A stretch of 49,510 nt of DNA, filler included, from Sphacelaria rigidula (Eukaryota): NCBI GenBank assembly GCA_964200075.2. It is 3 parts of 3 records of this genome, joined end to end, with 100 filler letters (N's around TTAATTAATTAA, not from the genome) between each part and the next. Parts side by side here need not be neighbours in the genome. Positions count along the whole stretch, not along the records: positions 33,076 to 49,510 come from CAXNAA020001362.1; 2 more parts are not named here. The stretch is one strand, 5' to 3'. Below, in pieces: positions 37,500 through 49,510 of the stretch. The position numbers and the translations under genes are program-made. Every line of letters starts with the position of its first letter. Positions within the stretch are counted from its first letter, which is position 1. Below the pieces are notes generated by a model. It worked only from the letters and a program-made list of their open reading frames with translations. It did not search any database and was not told the origin of the DNA.

Positions 37500-38900
37500 A
37501 TGGGTTGCAGCAAATCCTTACGAAATGAAAAGCTTGTGCCCTCTGCATGGTGAAAACCTCCTCCGTGTCTCTGCTGGTGGCGTCACGCGAGTGTGGTACT
37601 CTCTCATAACACCGGAGGCCAGGTTTCACGGGGGCGGACGGTGTTCACCGCAGGCCGCACAGATTCTGCAATTAGTGGTTACAGACAGTGCTGTTACCGT
37701 GGCAATTTTCGGGAGGAACGGCCTCTCTATACGCCAATACACCTCAATCATCCTCGTGTCCCCTCCTTCTGTCAGAGCGATGCTGTCTAGTCCGCTGCGG
37801 CATGTACAGCACCTGCGGAGTATTTTCCACACTAACCTCCCTGGGCGTACTATCGGCACCTCAAACTCGTGTGCATTGTTGGGTGATGAAAAATACAACG
37901 AGCGGCTGACCATTGCCGCATTACCACTCCAACCGTGAATTCCTTATTTTTCGAAGCAGTGTCTCTGTTTGCTCCAGTGGGTTCTGCTTACAATTTTGTA
38001 CTGTAGAGTTGAGTGCAGCAACACACATGTCAACTTGCATCATACAGTTGATCTACTACTCACAACAAGACTATCTTCGTGCAAGGCAATATCGCTAACT
38101 CTAGCCCTAACCTTGACCCAAGACGTACCGACAACTCGGACAAGGCCTGTGCTCTAGGCAAGGGTGCGTTGGCAGACCTTCAATCGGTGTTGCATTTTCC
38201 ATTATCCAAGGATACACAAAGATTTGAGAGTGCATGATGACCCACATATAGTTTTTTCGACTTTCGAAGAATCTTTTATCAGCGCTAAACGACACCTACG
38301 GTACGGTACGGTACGGTACTCAGGCATAAAGGCCGCCGCCGTGTTGAAGGAAATCGAGGTAGAGTTTGAAGAACTTGTCATTTGAGATTTGCTCATTGCG
38401 GCGCCTACTATGGCGGTATTTGAGAAAAGCGCAGGCACCCTTCAAGCACTTGATGCGAGGAGTTATATCCTTGCAGCCACTGAGAATCTCAGTCCTGTCT
38501 AAGAGCGGCAGCCACATCTAAGGATCTCCATAATGTGCAGTCGAAGAACAGATCAAATGTGCGGATGAATTATAAGCGCCATTACGTCGCCAGGTACGGT
38601 TTGTTAACCACGACGAATATTCAAAATCGACTGACGTCCGCGATGGCGAGGACCCTCGAGTCCGTTGTGGTTGGAGGGATCAAAGTCGTGCACACGCTCC
38701 AGCTCGAAAGGGCAGGACGTATAGAGCACGTTTCCAGGTACATCACACACGCAATATAAAACAATTTGGTGATAAAGTTGGGCACCCCGCGCGGTTGGTG
38801 CTCCCCTTCCCTTCAGGTTATGCGGCACTCGGTCTGGTCCTGGCCGTGGACCTGGCGACTTGGATCTTTTCAAGGAGCTCCAGCTGTCGTTTGCGGCGAG
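37500..38900 (-). pseudogene. Decayed intron-containing coding relic, possibly KDZ/CxC transposase-related
   Basis: An exon-like block ends PCPSC(R)|GTACGT, followed by a phase-compatible NSRLEW*CGNG. Many stops. Confidence 0.25.
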
Positions 38901-40809
38901 ACGGCGATATCCAGGATGGCAATGGCGACAAAGGTGGAGACTCGCTCACACTAGCCTGTTGAAACGGGGAAACTACTTCACGTATCTGTAGAAGACCTGA
39001 CACCGTATGGTGATGTTGACAGTGATGGTGGCGTGATGGCGATGAAGGCTCTTGATGGTAGGTAGTCACCATGTCGACAGGCCTACTACTCCTACAGTAT
39101 GCCAGTGATTGCGGTGCAAGGAATCAGCCGATGGTGAAGTGATGGTAGCTGCGGGGGGCACTAGGAGTTGAACGTGATGGTAGTCAACGTGCCCATGGTA
39201 AAAGTAAATGCTTTAAATATTGTTTGCTTGATCGTGTCATAAGATTGATATTGAAACCCGTTTACTTGGTCGTTACGATGACCGTTCCCAGGTCATGGCG
39301 GGTGGCAGTTCTCGGGAAAGGTATTTTTGTTGGTCGCGCTCTGTCTCGTGCTGCTAGGACTCTCCATGGGCGAGCTGTTCGTGTCGTGCGAGGTACCGTA
39401 AATGTGTTGACAACCTGGCGCTCACAGCTATTTGGATGTTTATGGGTAGAGCGCATCGTGGCTTTTGTGTCAGGCATAGAGGTATGGTCATGGTGTAAGA
39501 GGTGCACCGGTGTCCGTTTTTTGTCCGCGTTTTCATTCGTGTAACGTGCTGTCATGCATGTTTGGGCCCGGGTGTTTTTTCGTGCAGAGTGCAGAGTGTG
39601 CGATGCCGTGATATCATCATCATTGTCAAAACGTGTGCCATGGAAGCTATTTTTGTCGAGTGTTGAAACGTCATGCGAATGTCATGCGAGGACGGGGAGG
39701 GCTTGATGGTACTCCAAATATATATGTATATGCGCTCCGAGGGGGGGCGGGGGGGGGGGTGTCAACCCCTCTCCCAAGAGACTGACACCATATCTTCCCC
39801 TGTTCCGCTGCGTCCTATCCGGTGACGACATCTTGTATCCTGTCCTATCCTGCCCTGTCACGTCTTGTCCGGTGCTGATTCAGCAGTCGTTGTTCTGTTG
39901 TGCCTGTCGTGTGTTCTGATGCTCTTGCTCTCATGTCCATGATTTAGGCTACCGACGCGACCGTCTGCCCATCCAGGTCATTCCTGGCGGCGGTTTGGGC
40001 AAGGATTGCATTTGCTGCCCTCGTCCCACTGTGGCTTCTGGGTCAAGCTGCTGGCCGTGGAGGTCCAGGTACAGATCCCATAGTGTCGACACTCAGCTTG
40101 GCCCCTGGGTTGCGATGAACGTGTCTGATCCGAGGTGTATTCGTGACTCAGGGTATATCCCGTGCCCATTTTCATGGTAATTTTTTCCCATGTATTCTAT
40201 GAAGAATCGTAACCGCGTTGACTCATTGGATTGATAGATGAAGATGATGGGATCTCGGTTCAATTAAGCTAAGATGTCGACTACATGTCGTGGAAACGTT
40301 CATGACAGCAGTCAACCCCATCTCACGCGTGCTCGATGAGTGCTTACGGTAATCACTAGTCACCCGAGTTGAAGTGCTGACAAGTAGGCCCCGGTGCCGC
40401 GGCAGACATATCTCAAAGGGTTCAAAGGTAAGAAGTAGTCTCTCAAACAACCACCACCCATCGGGATGTTCATGCTCTCAGGTTGATCTTTGTTCGCTGT
40501 GTGTTGATGTCATTCCCTGATTTCTTGTCATCACATTTTGACGACGTGGAGTGAGATCAACGATCTACTGTAGTGTGCGGTATGGTCATAGTCGTCCTTT
40601 CGTAGTCACTCTTCCACTATATAGAGACATAACTATCTCATGGTGGGAGGGTGTACGAAAGTCGTTGCCCGAAACAAGGGGGTCATGCTTATGAGGTATT
40701 AAGACATGGGTGTATTTTAGCCCTGTGTTTTTATCGACCCAAAATACAGAGTTGTTCGATTGCTCCTCCTTCGCGACTTATTCCCATGGTTCCATGGGTG
40801 AATTGATTG

Positions 40810-40942
40810 GTTGATTGATTATGTCACATTAGCTGACTGCAACAATCCAGCCCGTGGTCAGGAGCAGCAAGATGAAGAGAAGAAGGAAAGAAACAGAAAA
40901 AGACAGGAGCAAAAGCCACAGAAAGGAAATAAGAGAGGAAGC

Positions 40943-40996
<54 letters not shown>

Positions 40997-41170
40997 ATGA
41001 TTATCTCGCGTTACGTAGCTGATTGTAACCCTCCGGCTCTTGATCAGAAAAAAAGCAGAAAAATGAATGAAAGAAGGGAAAAAAAGAAAAGAAGAAAGGT
41101 AGAGAAAGAAATACAAGAGACAAGAAGACAGACGAAACAAAAAAACAGACAAGAAACCACTAGGAACAGG
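40810..41170 (+). repeat. Dispersed repeat with internal (AAC)n, homologous to 37064-37345
   Basis: Shared gattgattat.tcaca.tag.tga.tgca.caatccagcccgtggtcaggagcagcaa and atgattatctcgc.t.acgtagctgattg blocks. Confidence 0.85.
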
Positions 41171-41217
41171 AGATGAACAAATTAGAGATTAGGACCAAAT
41201 ACGTATCTAGCGTAGGC

Positions 41218-41830
41218 TATGATGAGTTGCTGTTGGTACTGTCGGTCCCAGGTGCTGTCGGTGCATCTTGGCCTGCAGCTTTCGCGTGCCGTATCGCTGC
41301 ATCTGCGTCATCCTTTTGGCACCAGTCCGCCATGAACCTCTCACACGTCGGACAGCGCTAGCTCAAATAGCTAATCGAAGATAACTCTCAGATCCATTGG
41401 ACAACAACACAAAACACGTGACAGCAGTGCCTGTTAAGCCAAAGCGTTACCCTTCCGCTACACGGCGTGCTCGGCGTCTATCGCTGTCGGGAGCTGGTAC
41501 GGGAATAGTGGCCAAATGAGCTAGCTCATGATCTGGATGAGCACTCTAAGAAGAAGTGATATCGAGGTACTGTAGGTACTGTAGCTTATGAGTTGTCCGA
41601 CCAGTGAAACCTTTCTGCTGCCTGTTCAACACAGCTGTGCCACTCTACTGCATTTAAGGCTCTGGTAGTCCACCTCTGCCATTCGATACCGAACGTGTTC
41701 ATGTCTTCCGCTAGGCAGCGGATCCAGTCGGGATGTGCGCACACCACAGTTCAACAGGCCATAAAACGCCAACGAGAGCAAAAATCCCTCTGTGCCCTTC
41801 GACCGCCATTCTTGTTCATAGTCATTGTCG
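41218..41830 (-). mobile_element. 3'-terminal fragments of an RTE-type LINE
   Basis: PDWIRCLAEDMNTFGIEWQRWTTRALNAVEWHSCVEQAAERF and CERFMADWCQKDDADAAIRHAK match the Trp-rich RTE C-terminus. Confidence 0.7.
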
Positions 41831-42026
41831 AATGAATTTTGAGCACATAATTTTCACATGGCTTGCCCACCGGCGCGAGGTACTACTTTATCCGGTATTC
41901 ACCGACCTGATCCTTCGCTGACTGCGCTGGTACATGTCCATGTGTCCGTGTTTATTGATATGTGACACTTCGTACTTGTGTGTCTTTGTTTTCGCTGACC
42001 AAAGCCCCATGATTCATGTGGTGAAG

Positions 42027-42344
42027 ATGAACCATACCATTGTTGGGAAGGGGGTATTTCGACAAAATTGTTGTCCGAAAATGCCAATTTGGGATGTCTC
42101 AGGTCCTCAATGTGTGGCAGTCAAAACACTGGTCGAATCTTTCGTCAAGTCGTTATTCCTTGCTCGCTCGACCGTCCGGCACTTCAGTCGCCCATATAGA
42201 TAATTTGCAGCTTTGCATCTTGATACATGAAAGAAAAAAGAGGAAGCGGATACGAGGGGTTCAGATTTGGGCCTCTTCCAAAGTACTAGCACTAACGCTT
42301 TCTTCTCTTTTTCAACTTCGCAGTGTTCCGTTCAATCGCGACGG
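42027..42344 (+). pseudogene. Candidate damaged first exon (TMD0 start) of the ABCC gene
   Basis: MNHT...CCPKMPIWDVSGPQCVAVKTL resembles the ABCC10 N-terminal 'C....P.W.....C' pattern. The frame is broken before a GG|GTATGT donor. Confidence 0.3.
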
Positions 42345-42956
42345 GTATGTGTCTCTTGGGGCGATCATGGCTGAGTTCGTAACAGACCGCTTGTTGATGG
42401 ACGGATAGATTTGATTGGCTGCCGCGCATTAATTGATTTCCCCGAGCTTCCAGCCTTACCGTGCTGACATTTGCTGACATGTTAATGTGACAGATGCACC
42501 CGAGATGAACCGAACGCCTGAAGAAAAGTGAAGGAAATAAAAGGGTAGAATAAACAGAGTATACCGGAAACAAGTGCCAGGCAACAATTCATTCATCAAT
42601 CAATCAATGAGCCAGTCAGTCAATCGTCAAAGCAATCAGGCACGATATAGACATGTAACCACGGCTAGATTCGTGGAGGTCAGTTGAAGTGGGGCAATAA
42701 AATAAAAAAATCATAGTCGGCAATACGGTAGTACGAGTCGGCGACAAGAACGAGGGCAATCATCCACAACCCCGCGTCTCGTGTTAGGGATGGACGAGGC
42801 TTTCACGCAAACTTCACGGTAGTATGCGGTCTTCGTAATAAAGCCACTTCTTACTCACCGTCAGTGCAGAAAGTTATTATAGGTAGCATATATCAATGTT
42901 TTCGCTTTGCCCTTTTCAACTCAGCGGCGTGTAAACCTGTCTCTCGTCAACGGCAG

Positions 42957-43113
42957 GCACCAGCAGGGCCACGATATCGGCCCTCGGTACAGCAGCGGTG
43001 ATGCTCCTTGTAGCAATCCTACTGTGGCGGGCACTCCACCTATCATATACGGCGCTGGTCGAGTTTCCACGAGCGCAGACATTGGTGTATCTGGAAGGTC
43101 TCTGCGCTATAGG
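42957..43113 (+). CDS. Candidate TMD0 exon of the ABCC transporter
   Basis: gcAG| acceptor. Hydrophobic TSRATISALGTAAVMLLVAILLWRALHLSYTALVEFPRAQTLVYLEGLCAIG. The donor is at 43114 or 43121. Confidence 0.45.
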
Positions 43114-44079
43114 GTGGGTGGTACGAAAGACGTTAAATGATAGCACCGTGGACACGTGGTTCGATTATGCTCGTGCGGTGTATTGGAGACCACCCATAGT
43201 TGATCAGCACCTCCCGAGGAACATCCCCGGGCAATCAACTTTTTGGATCTGCTTGGGAACATAACAGTACCTACAGTGCAGTAGTGCTCCAGGGTACGCA
43301 GTAAATTGTATCACCCCCTTCAATGCCACCCCTGAGTGATGAACTTTCGGGAAAACAAAATTGTCGTCGTGAGGTTGTACAGTCTCAGCTCATACGTGAT
43401 TATTGTACGATACTCCCAGGTGTCTAGGGGGAGGGTATATAGGGATGATCCAATGAACGCGAAGAGTGTAGAAACCTTTACAGCAGGAGCAGTCGTAATA
43501 TGAAAACCAAGACACTAGACATTCATTCTACTTTCTCGGGATCTTCAGAATGCAATGTTTCATGCACTGCGCTCAAGGGGGCTCGAAACTTAAGTCACAA
43601 GAAGATAACCCTACCCCCCTCTCCCCTATTTCGGAGATCATGAGCAGGCTTGGGATCTGCATACTTCGTGGTTGGTTTAAAAGCGTCCAATGGCCGTGTG
43701 CTACCGGCCGAGCGCTTGGCTGATTTTTTGTGCTGGAACAACTAGAGGTCATGGAAGGCGCCTGTACGTTTCTGGGTTTCCTGCGACGTATCAGTGCCTA
43801 CAGCATTGATTGTGCTCATCCCAAGGGGCCATGTTTCTTCTTCATGATATTTTTCAGTGGTACAACTGCGAATGCGGCAAATTAAAACACAACCATGCGA
43901 GGCAGCACCCTTGCCCCCTCTTCGGCCATCCTTTGGGAAATTAGGGTCTTGTGACCTATAAGTTTCTGGACGATCGTTCTACGAGTCCATCGCTGTGCAT
44001 GGTATTTATGATTCCCAGAATGGGGAGTTTTGCAACGTAATTTTCCCTTTATACCGTCATTTGTTTTACGCTGCGCGCG

Positions 44080-44087
<8 letters not shown>

Positions 44088-44119
<32 letters not shown>
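44088..44119. repeat. (CA)n microsatellite preceded by (CG)n
   Basis: Directly visible. Confidence 0.95.
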
Positions 44120-44120
<1 letters not shown>

Positions 44121-45127
44121 CACCGGACGGCAGTTCGGAAAGTCATCGCACTGTTTTGGCGTGAAATATATCGCGTGTTTGTTTGACAAACGTACTTTTT
44201 CAGTAGCCATCGGGCTAGGTCGGCCATGCTGACGTTTGTCGAAATGTTGAGCTCGATCTCGTGTCGGAGAAACCTACTGATCTTTTTTGCGTGGGAGACT
44301 CTGACAGTAGACAGCAGACATCAGCTCGTGGTTTTATCCCTTCGAATGGGGAGATTTTTTTTGTTTTACGCAGGAGATGCCATAGATCAAAATCAGGACA
44401 AACACATTCGCGTTGGCACTCATGACCTGACTGGGCAATGACGACCTTGCCGTAAAGAAGATCACCGGATACTATCATATGCTTCTGGCGGGCAGCTGCA
44501 ACTACACCTGCGGGATGTTGCGTCGCTCCAAACGGTGTGCTGCACTGTACATTGTTGTATGGTGCTGTACTGCGCTGACGTCATGCTATATCCCCCACCG
44601 TTCTGCGGCCCGCTCAACGTTTTGGCCTCTTGTACAAGAAGCTTTGAGAGTTTGTCCAAGTTATTCCAGAAATGTATCGAAACTGTTTCGAAAGGACCAT
44701 CACGCTACGCGTTCATTCATCACGGACATGGTGCGACCTGGGCACTTTGGTCTAGAGGTGCTTTGCGGTTTCATATCCCGACTTCGATGCGTATCGGTCT
44801 TTCGTCTGTCTGTTTGCTTTTCCCCTCTACACTGTGCTGCCACTGTCCCTCTCTCGTCCTGTGAAATTCCGGTTCCCGTGCGCGAGATTGCTTAGTCTCA
44901 TGCAGGTTCGACATGCGGCTGTCACGTTGTTGGTTGATTTGATTGATTGATTGATTGTCGCACTTGTTATACGTTTTAATCGCCTGTTCCATATGTTTTC
45001 CTATGCCGTGTAGGTGACTGTGTCTGCTCTTCTTTGGATTGTTGTTTTGCAGTACCACATTCACAGCCGGCATGTTCCGTATGTTTTCTCTGGTGTATAT
45101 TCTTGTTTTTGTCTCTATGCATCGCAG

Positions 45128-45233
45128 GTCCGTCGGCGCTGTTAGCCTCGTCTGGTCTTTACATGTGAACGGTGGCGGCGTGTTATTATCCAGCGATGAA
45201 GGCGGGCTAGAGAGCGCTGCTTTGGGGAGAGAG
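45128..45233 (+). CDS. ABCC transporter exon (end of TMD0 / linker)
   Basis: Pyrimidine tract plus gcAG| acceptor and GAG|GTGAGG donor. Translates SVGAVSLVWSLHVNGGGVLLSSDEGGLESAALGRE. The phase-0 end fits the next exon. Confidence 0.6.
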
Positions 45234-45644
45234 GTGAGGGCGTGAGAAGAGAAAATATAGCACAGTAAGTACCATACTGCGAGAAGCAGCCGTGATCGCT
45301 ACTGCACCGTATGAACTTGTGCAGCGTTAAATTGTCACTGCTCATCTGATGCGCTTGTCAGTTGTACGGTGTGCATACAACACGGTAGTGCCTAAGCCCT
45401 TCAAACGTATAGTTTACGTGCTCTATTACCGTTCTGGAGTGGCGAAAAATGTCAAAGTGACGGAGGTAGTGTACAAAGCGCCGAGCCAGGAGGGGGAGTG
45501 ATGTAGAGAGGTTGCGAAAGTATTGTCGGTGAGGACTGTGCCCTAAAACAAATGACACCCCCTTTATAATTCACCAGCCTCTCGTGAGTTTTAATATGGG
45601 TCTATTTTGTTTTCTTGTTTTCTGCTAGCCTATGACCACGGAAG

Positions 45645-45767
45645 GCGTCCGCATTAGATGCCCAGTACGAACGTACCGCGCAGATATCGGAACGGTTTTC
45701 ATGTGAAAACGACGACAACAACAACAACAACAACAGCCTCCGTAGCACCGTTGGCGTTGAGTGCAAG
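45645..45767 (+). CDS. ABCC transporter linker exon with short poly-Asn
   Basis: Bounded by gaAG| and AAG|GTCTGC. 41 open codons, ASALDAQYERTAQISERFSCENDDNNNNNNSLRSTVGVECK, phase 0/0. Confidence 0.55.
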
Positions 45768-46511
45768 GTCTGCGTTGTGCTGTAGATTATGATGTGTTAA
45801 AAAGCAGAGAAGCAGGCCGTTGAAGACCTGTCAGTGTTAGTATCTTGTTCTCGTTAAACCCCGTCATACCATCAAGCCCAAAGAATTAGAACATTTTGAA
45901 CTCTTGACTGCAAGACGGGCGCGTTTTCCGCTGGTCGTTGCGTCCCCTACACGTAATCGTCTCATTTTTTGCTACATACCACGGCTGTGGTGTACACGTA
46001 TTCTATACGATACCCAGCTTATCAGGCACGACGAGTGCATGTTTCGTTTCGGAACATGGACAACTATCCTGATTCAACAGACCGACCGCAGGGGCCCTCC
46101 TTTTCTATCACCCGATACCCCAACTTGTCCTATCATTGATTTACCCTTTTTCGTCACATCTTTGATCCCTCCCCTTCCTCAGGACATGCGAGGCCAATGG
46201 TCTGATGACTATGGCGTGCATGATCATGAGTACACCCTTCCTCAGGACAAGTCTATAGTCTGGAGGAATCAACCCATCTCTTGCCGGCACTGTCATGCCT
46301 GACATTTTGATATCGTGGATTGGATCATGACCAGCACTCGCTGCACCGCGTCAACTCTCGTCGAATGTCGGAATTCTCAACCTTATGCCGTAATGACCAA
46401 CTCCGGTACTATCGTTGTGCCAGGTACTTCATCGGGGAGCGGCGGCATATCACAGACATGTTTCCTTAAATTTGTTTCGTACGCGTTCCCCACATGATCA
46501 TTTTTCCTTAG

Positions 46512-46666
46512 ACTATGCCGGATGCATTGGACGGCGCCGGTTGGGTCTCTGTGGTGACGTTCTCTTGGCTCAACCCGCTGTTTAAAACGGGAGCATCGAG
46601 GCAGCTGCAACCCACCGATTTATGTCGCCTTGCGAGACAAGATCGATCTGCTCTCTGGGCGGAGAG
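46512..46666 (+). CDS. ABCC10: ABCC10/MRP7-like ABC transporter, L0 (lasso) exon
   Basis: Bounded by cttAG| and AG|GTACGT. DGAGWVSVVTFSWLNPLFKTGASRQLQPTDLCRL is the ABCC lasso motif. Confidence 0.9.
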
Positions 46667-47905
46667 GTACGTCCGTACACCACATTTCTTAAAGTTTTTC
46701 CCGCAGACTTGGCCTCTAAGTGGTGTTGATTTTTTTCGCCACACCAAAACCAAGAATGATTGATCTTTGTTTGTAATCTCCAGTGATTGATTGGTCGATT
46801 GCCTTGCATCAGCTGACCCGCTACGAGTACACAGCGATGGTCACAGCATACACGTACCCAGTATAGATGTAAAACAGAAATTCTGGCTGAAGGGGACACG
46901 TGAGAGCACCTTAACACTTGACCACCGGAACTCGTCTCCATGCCAATCCAGCCGTGGTGATAAGACACACGTGCGAAACCAAGGTGAAGAGGTAGTGATG
47001 CATGCTCCAGGGGGATTTCGTCGTATCTGGGCTTTGCAGTGTGCCGAGAATCTTCCAGCTCCGTTTCTGCTAGTACATCATTTTTTACGTCTTGGTCTAC
47101 TATCATGTGTCGTTCTGTTCGACTTTTGTAATTATTTTTCTTTTCAGCGAGTGTTTCAGTGTTGTTGTGTCTTGGGTACGTACGTCTATCATGTTACCAC
47201 GGCTGGATCCCTGGGGGGATCAGTAAGAGTGCGACAGTCAATCAGTGTAGAGCATCATGTATGGTGTCGCGAAATTTGACCTGCCCGACTTAGAAGGTGA
47301 GAAGGGCCCGTCATGTTTACCATCGTTGGTAGAATACACTTCGTTGCTTTTGTTTTTGACGAAGAATTCAACAGCAGTAACGCAAGTATCTCAAGTATTG
47401 CCATTGAGAAGGATTGTCGGAAGGTGAATGAACTACTTTTTGCTTATCGCAACAATGGTATCTGATAGCCCTACACTTTACATAGCTCTGGCCTAGGCGT
47501 GCCGATCCAACACTAAGCAATAGGTAGTAAGGGAGGCACTGTGCCTGGGGGAAGATGGGACAATCAGTCCCTTGTGACCACAATCCCGTCCTAAGGATGA
47601 GATTGGTTGGTACTAAGAAGCCAATATATGATGTGAAGTACTCTCGCTTCGCGCACTCAGGACGTACCAGCTCGAACTCCTTGAACTCTTGGCGTCGTTG
47701 TTCTTTATCGCAAATGCATATTAATAGTAATCTTACGCCATTGAACAGATTCTCCCGTCACGGAATCTCACACTCGACGAAGTATTCAGTCCGCCGGGGT
47801 CCATGGTAACCGTATCCGGAGCCGAATGCCCGTTCTCATATACATTAAGTCATCACCCAAATACCTTTTGCCTCGCACGCCCATTTCTGAACAACACAAT
47901 GGAAG

Positions 47906-48102
47906 GTTTCGCGTTGCATTGGAAAAAGAGAGGAAGTTTCCCCGACCTTCCCTCTTGCGGGCGTGTGGTGACACATTCGGAAGGGAGTTCCTGACCCTTG
48001 GATGGCTGAAAGCGGCGAATACCGGAATTGGTTTCTCCGGTCCCCTACTTCTCAAAGTCGTGGTTAATGCGGTGCAGGATTCTAGCTCGTCAACGACAAG
48101 AG
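47906..48102 (+). CDS. ABCC10: ABCC10/MRP7-like ABC transporter, start of TMD1; the gene continues beyond the window
   Basis: The phase-2 join gives WAER-FRVALEK. LLRACGDTFGREFLTLGWLKAANTGIGFSGPLLLKVVV resembles ABCC10 'LWRAL..AFG..YL.LG.LK.....GFSGPLLL'. Donor G|GTTTGT. Confidence 0.9.
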
Positions 48103-48261
48103 GTTTGTGCAAACACGAAGTAGTTGAGACTCCTGTGCGTTCGGTAGCCTTGTTTTCTGTTTTTTGTGCCTCGCAACATGAGCGCCCTCGGTATGCAATG
48201 AAGTGCTTGTTGATGTGCTTCGGGCGCACACTGTCTCACATACCACCAAAATTTGAACCAG

Positions 48262-48292
<31 letters not shown>

Positions 48293-48698
48293 CTGTCTCA
48301 CACAGCACCGACATGTGAACCAAGAGGTACGAGGCAAACTCGCACAGTGCCTACTGTCGAGTTGTGATTATCAAAAACAAAGTTGTCGGCACACTGCATT
48401 TGGAAGGGGATAGATTTGCTTGGTAACCACCAATCAGATCGCTCCATTTTGCTTGGGGATTGCCAGGAGAGTAGTCTAAAATCTAGTGTTCGTGCGGTCG
48501 AATGTCACGGTCAATGACGCCCGCTCATATAGTGTTGATAGTACATATTACCGCACGGTACACTGAACACAACACAGTAGTCCAGTCCAGTACACGGCCC
48601 CAACGCATAACACCGGCAGGAGTGTCGCAGCAGCGGGTAGTGCTTTGTTCGTTTTGCGAAAGACTAAACAGCCAACACAACATGGAATTTTCAACATT

Positions 48699-48983
48699 AA
48701 CAACGTTCTCGTGAGATTGAGAGTACAGCGCCGATTGAGAGTGGCTTTGATCAGTCGCTTTGACCCAGCCAATTTTTCATTCCATGTGTGGTTTTCTTTG
48801 CCTCTGTCACCGGTGTGTGCTTACAGCTACGCGTCGATATCCTGCCCAGGGATATCAAGGTCCTCGGTGTCAAGCTACTACAGAAATAATATCGGGCCTC
48901 GTTGAGGGGCATTTCGGAACTGAAACGATTCATTCAGTATTTGACCGTTTCTCACTCTCAATCGCATCCTCGAAAACGTTGTT
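48699..48983. mobile_element. MITE-like element with AACAACGTT termini
   Basis: AACAACGTTCTCG...CGAAAACGTTGTT with flanks CATT/CAGT (4-bp TSD with one mismatch). Homolog of 19366-19676. Confidence 0.75.
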
Positions 48984-49510
48984 CAGTGTGCATCCAGCAC
49001 TGCGTGCCGACTGACATTGTTTTCTGGAGGGACGAGCACGAGGACAATATCACAGCTCATGCAATCCAAACCGTCTTCGCAATGCGTCAACACTCCAGAG
49101 TACAGACAGTGAAAGCTCCAACACATGATAGAGGGCAGGGCGTGAGTGTGCTTTTGCTGAGGTACAGTGAATCAGCATATGTCCCATGTTTTAGTCCTCC
49201 GCCTGATTTTGGACAGGTCCTACATTTTGGGCGAGTGCTGAGTTTGAACGCTCAGCCATAGTCGCGCTTCTTTCAATTCACCGTGGGTTACCTTATTGTG
49301 TGCGGGAGGTCTGAATTGTGATGCTGGCTTCGCCCGCTACTTTCATCACGCGGATTCTGTCCCGGTACATCTTTAACTTGCCCAAAAATATGAAAGCTTT
49401 GCTGATTACTTGGTCCAACACCACCAGCGCAAGAGGGGGGAGGGGAGGAGGGGGGGGGGTGTACTTGTTTCTTGCCTTGCTATTTTAACCAGACACCACA
49501 CATCCCTTCC

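Noticed and set aside
44374..44534. In-frame TGA as selenocysteine or read-through
   Set aside because: No SECIS evidence, and the frame does not join the next exon. Decay is the simpler explanation.

Overview
Eukaryotic, intron-rich and transposon-rich DNA, most likely from a brown alga (Phaeophyceae). This is an inference from the EsV-1-7-like repeat, the short exons with long introns, and the SINE/LINE content. The window is not one locus. It is three contigs of 16,438, 16,437 and 16,435 bp joined by artificial N44-TTAATTAATTAA-N44 linkers, so no linkage across the linkers can be assumed. Contig 1 (1-16438) holds the 3' part of a spliced patatin-like phospholipase gene, a hairpin array, a decayed KDZ-like transposase, a copia relic and a ~440-bp satellite. 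Contig 2 (16539-32975) holds the first exon of a Pro-rich SH3 protein, a decayed ~4-kb LINE interrupted by a foldback MITE, a possible Ulp1-protease relic and a Stowaway-like MITE. Contig 3 (33076-49510) holds a tRNA-derived SINE, a decayed intronless gene pair with an EsV-1-7-like repeat, RTE 3' ends, and the 5' part of an ABCC10/MRP7-like transporter whose first exons look damaged. I found no convincing intact novel system. The best leads are the 4-bp-TSD MITE group, the KDZ relics, the hairpin array and the apparent decay of the transporter's N-terminal TMD0 domain. All family assignments are by eye, with no database search.
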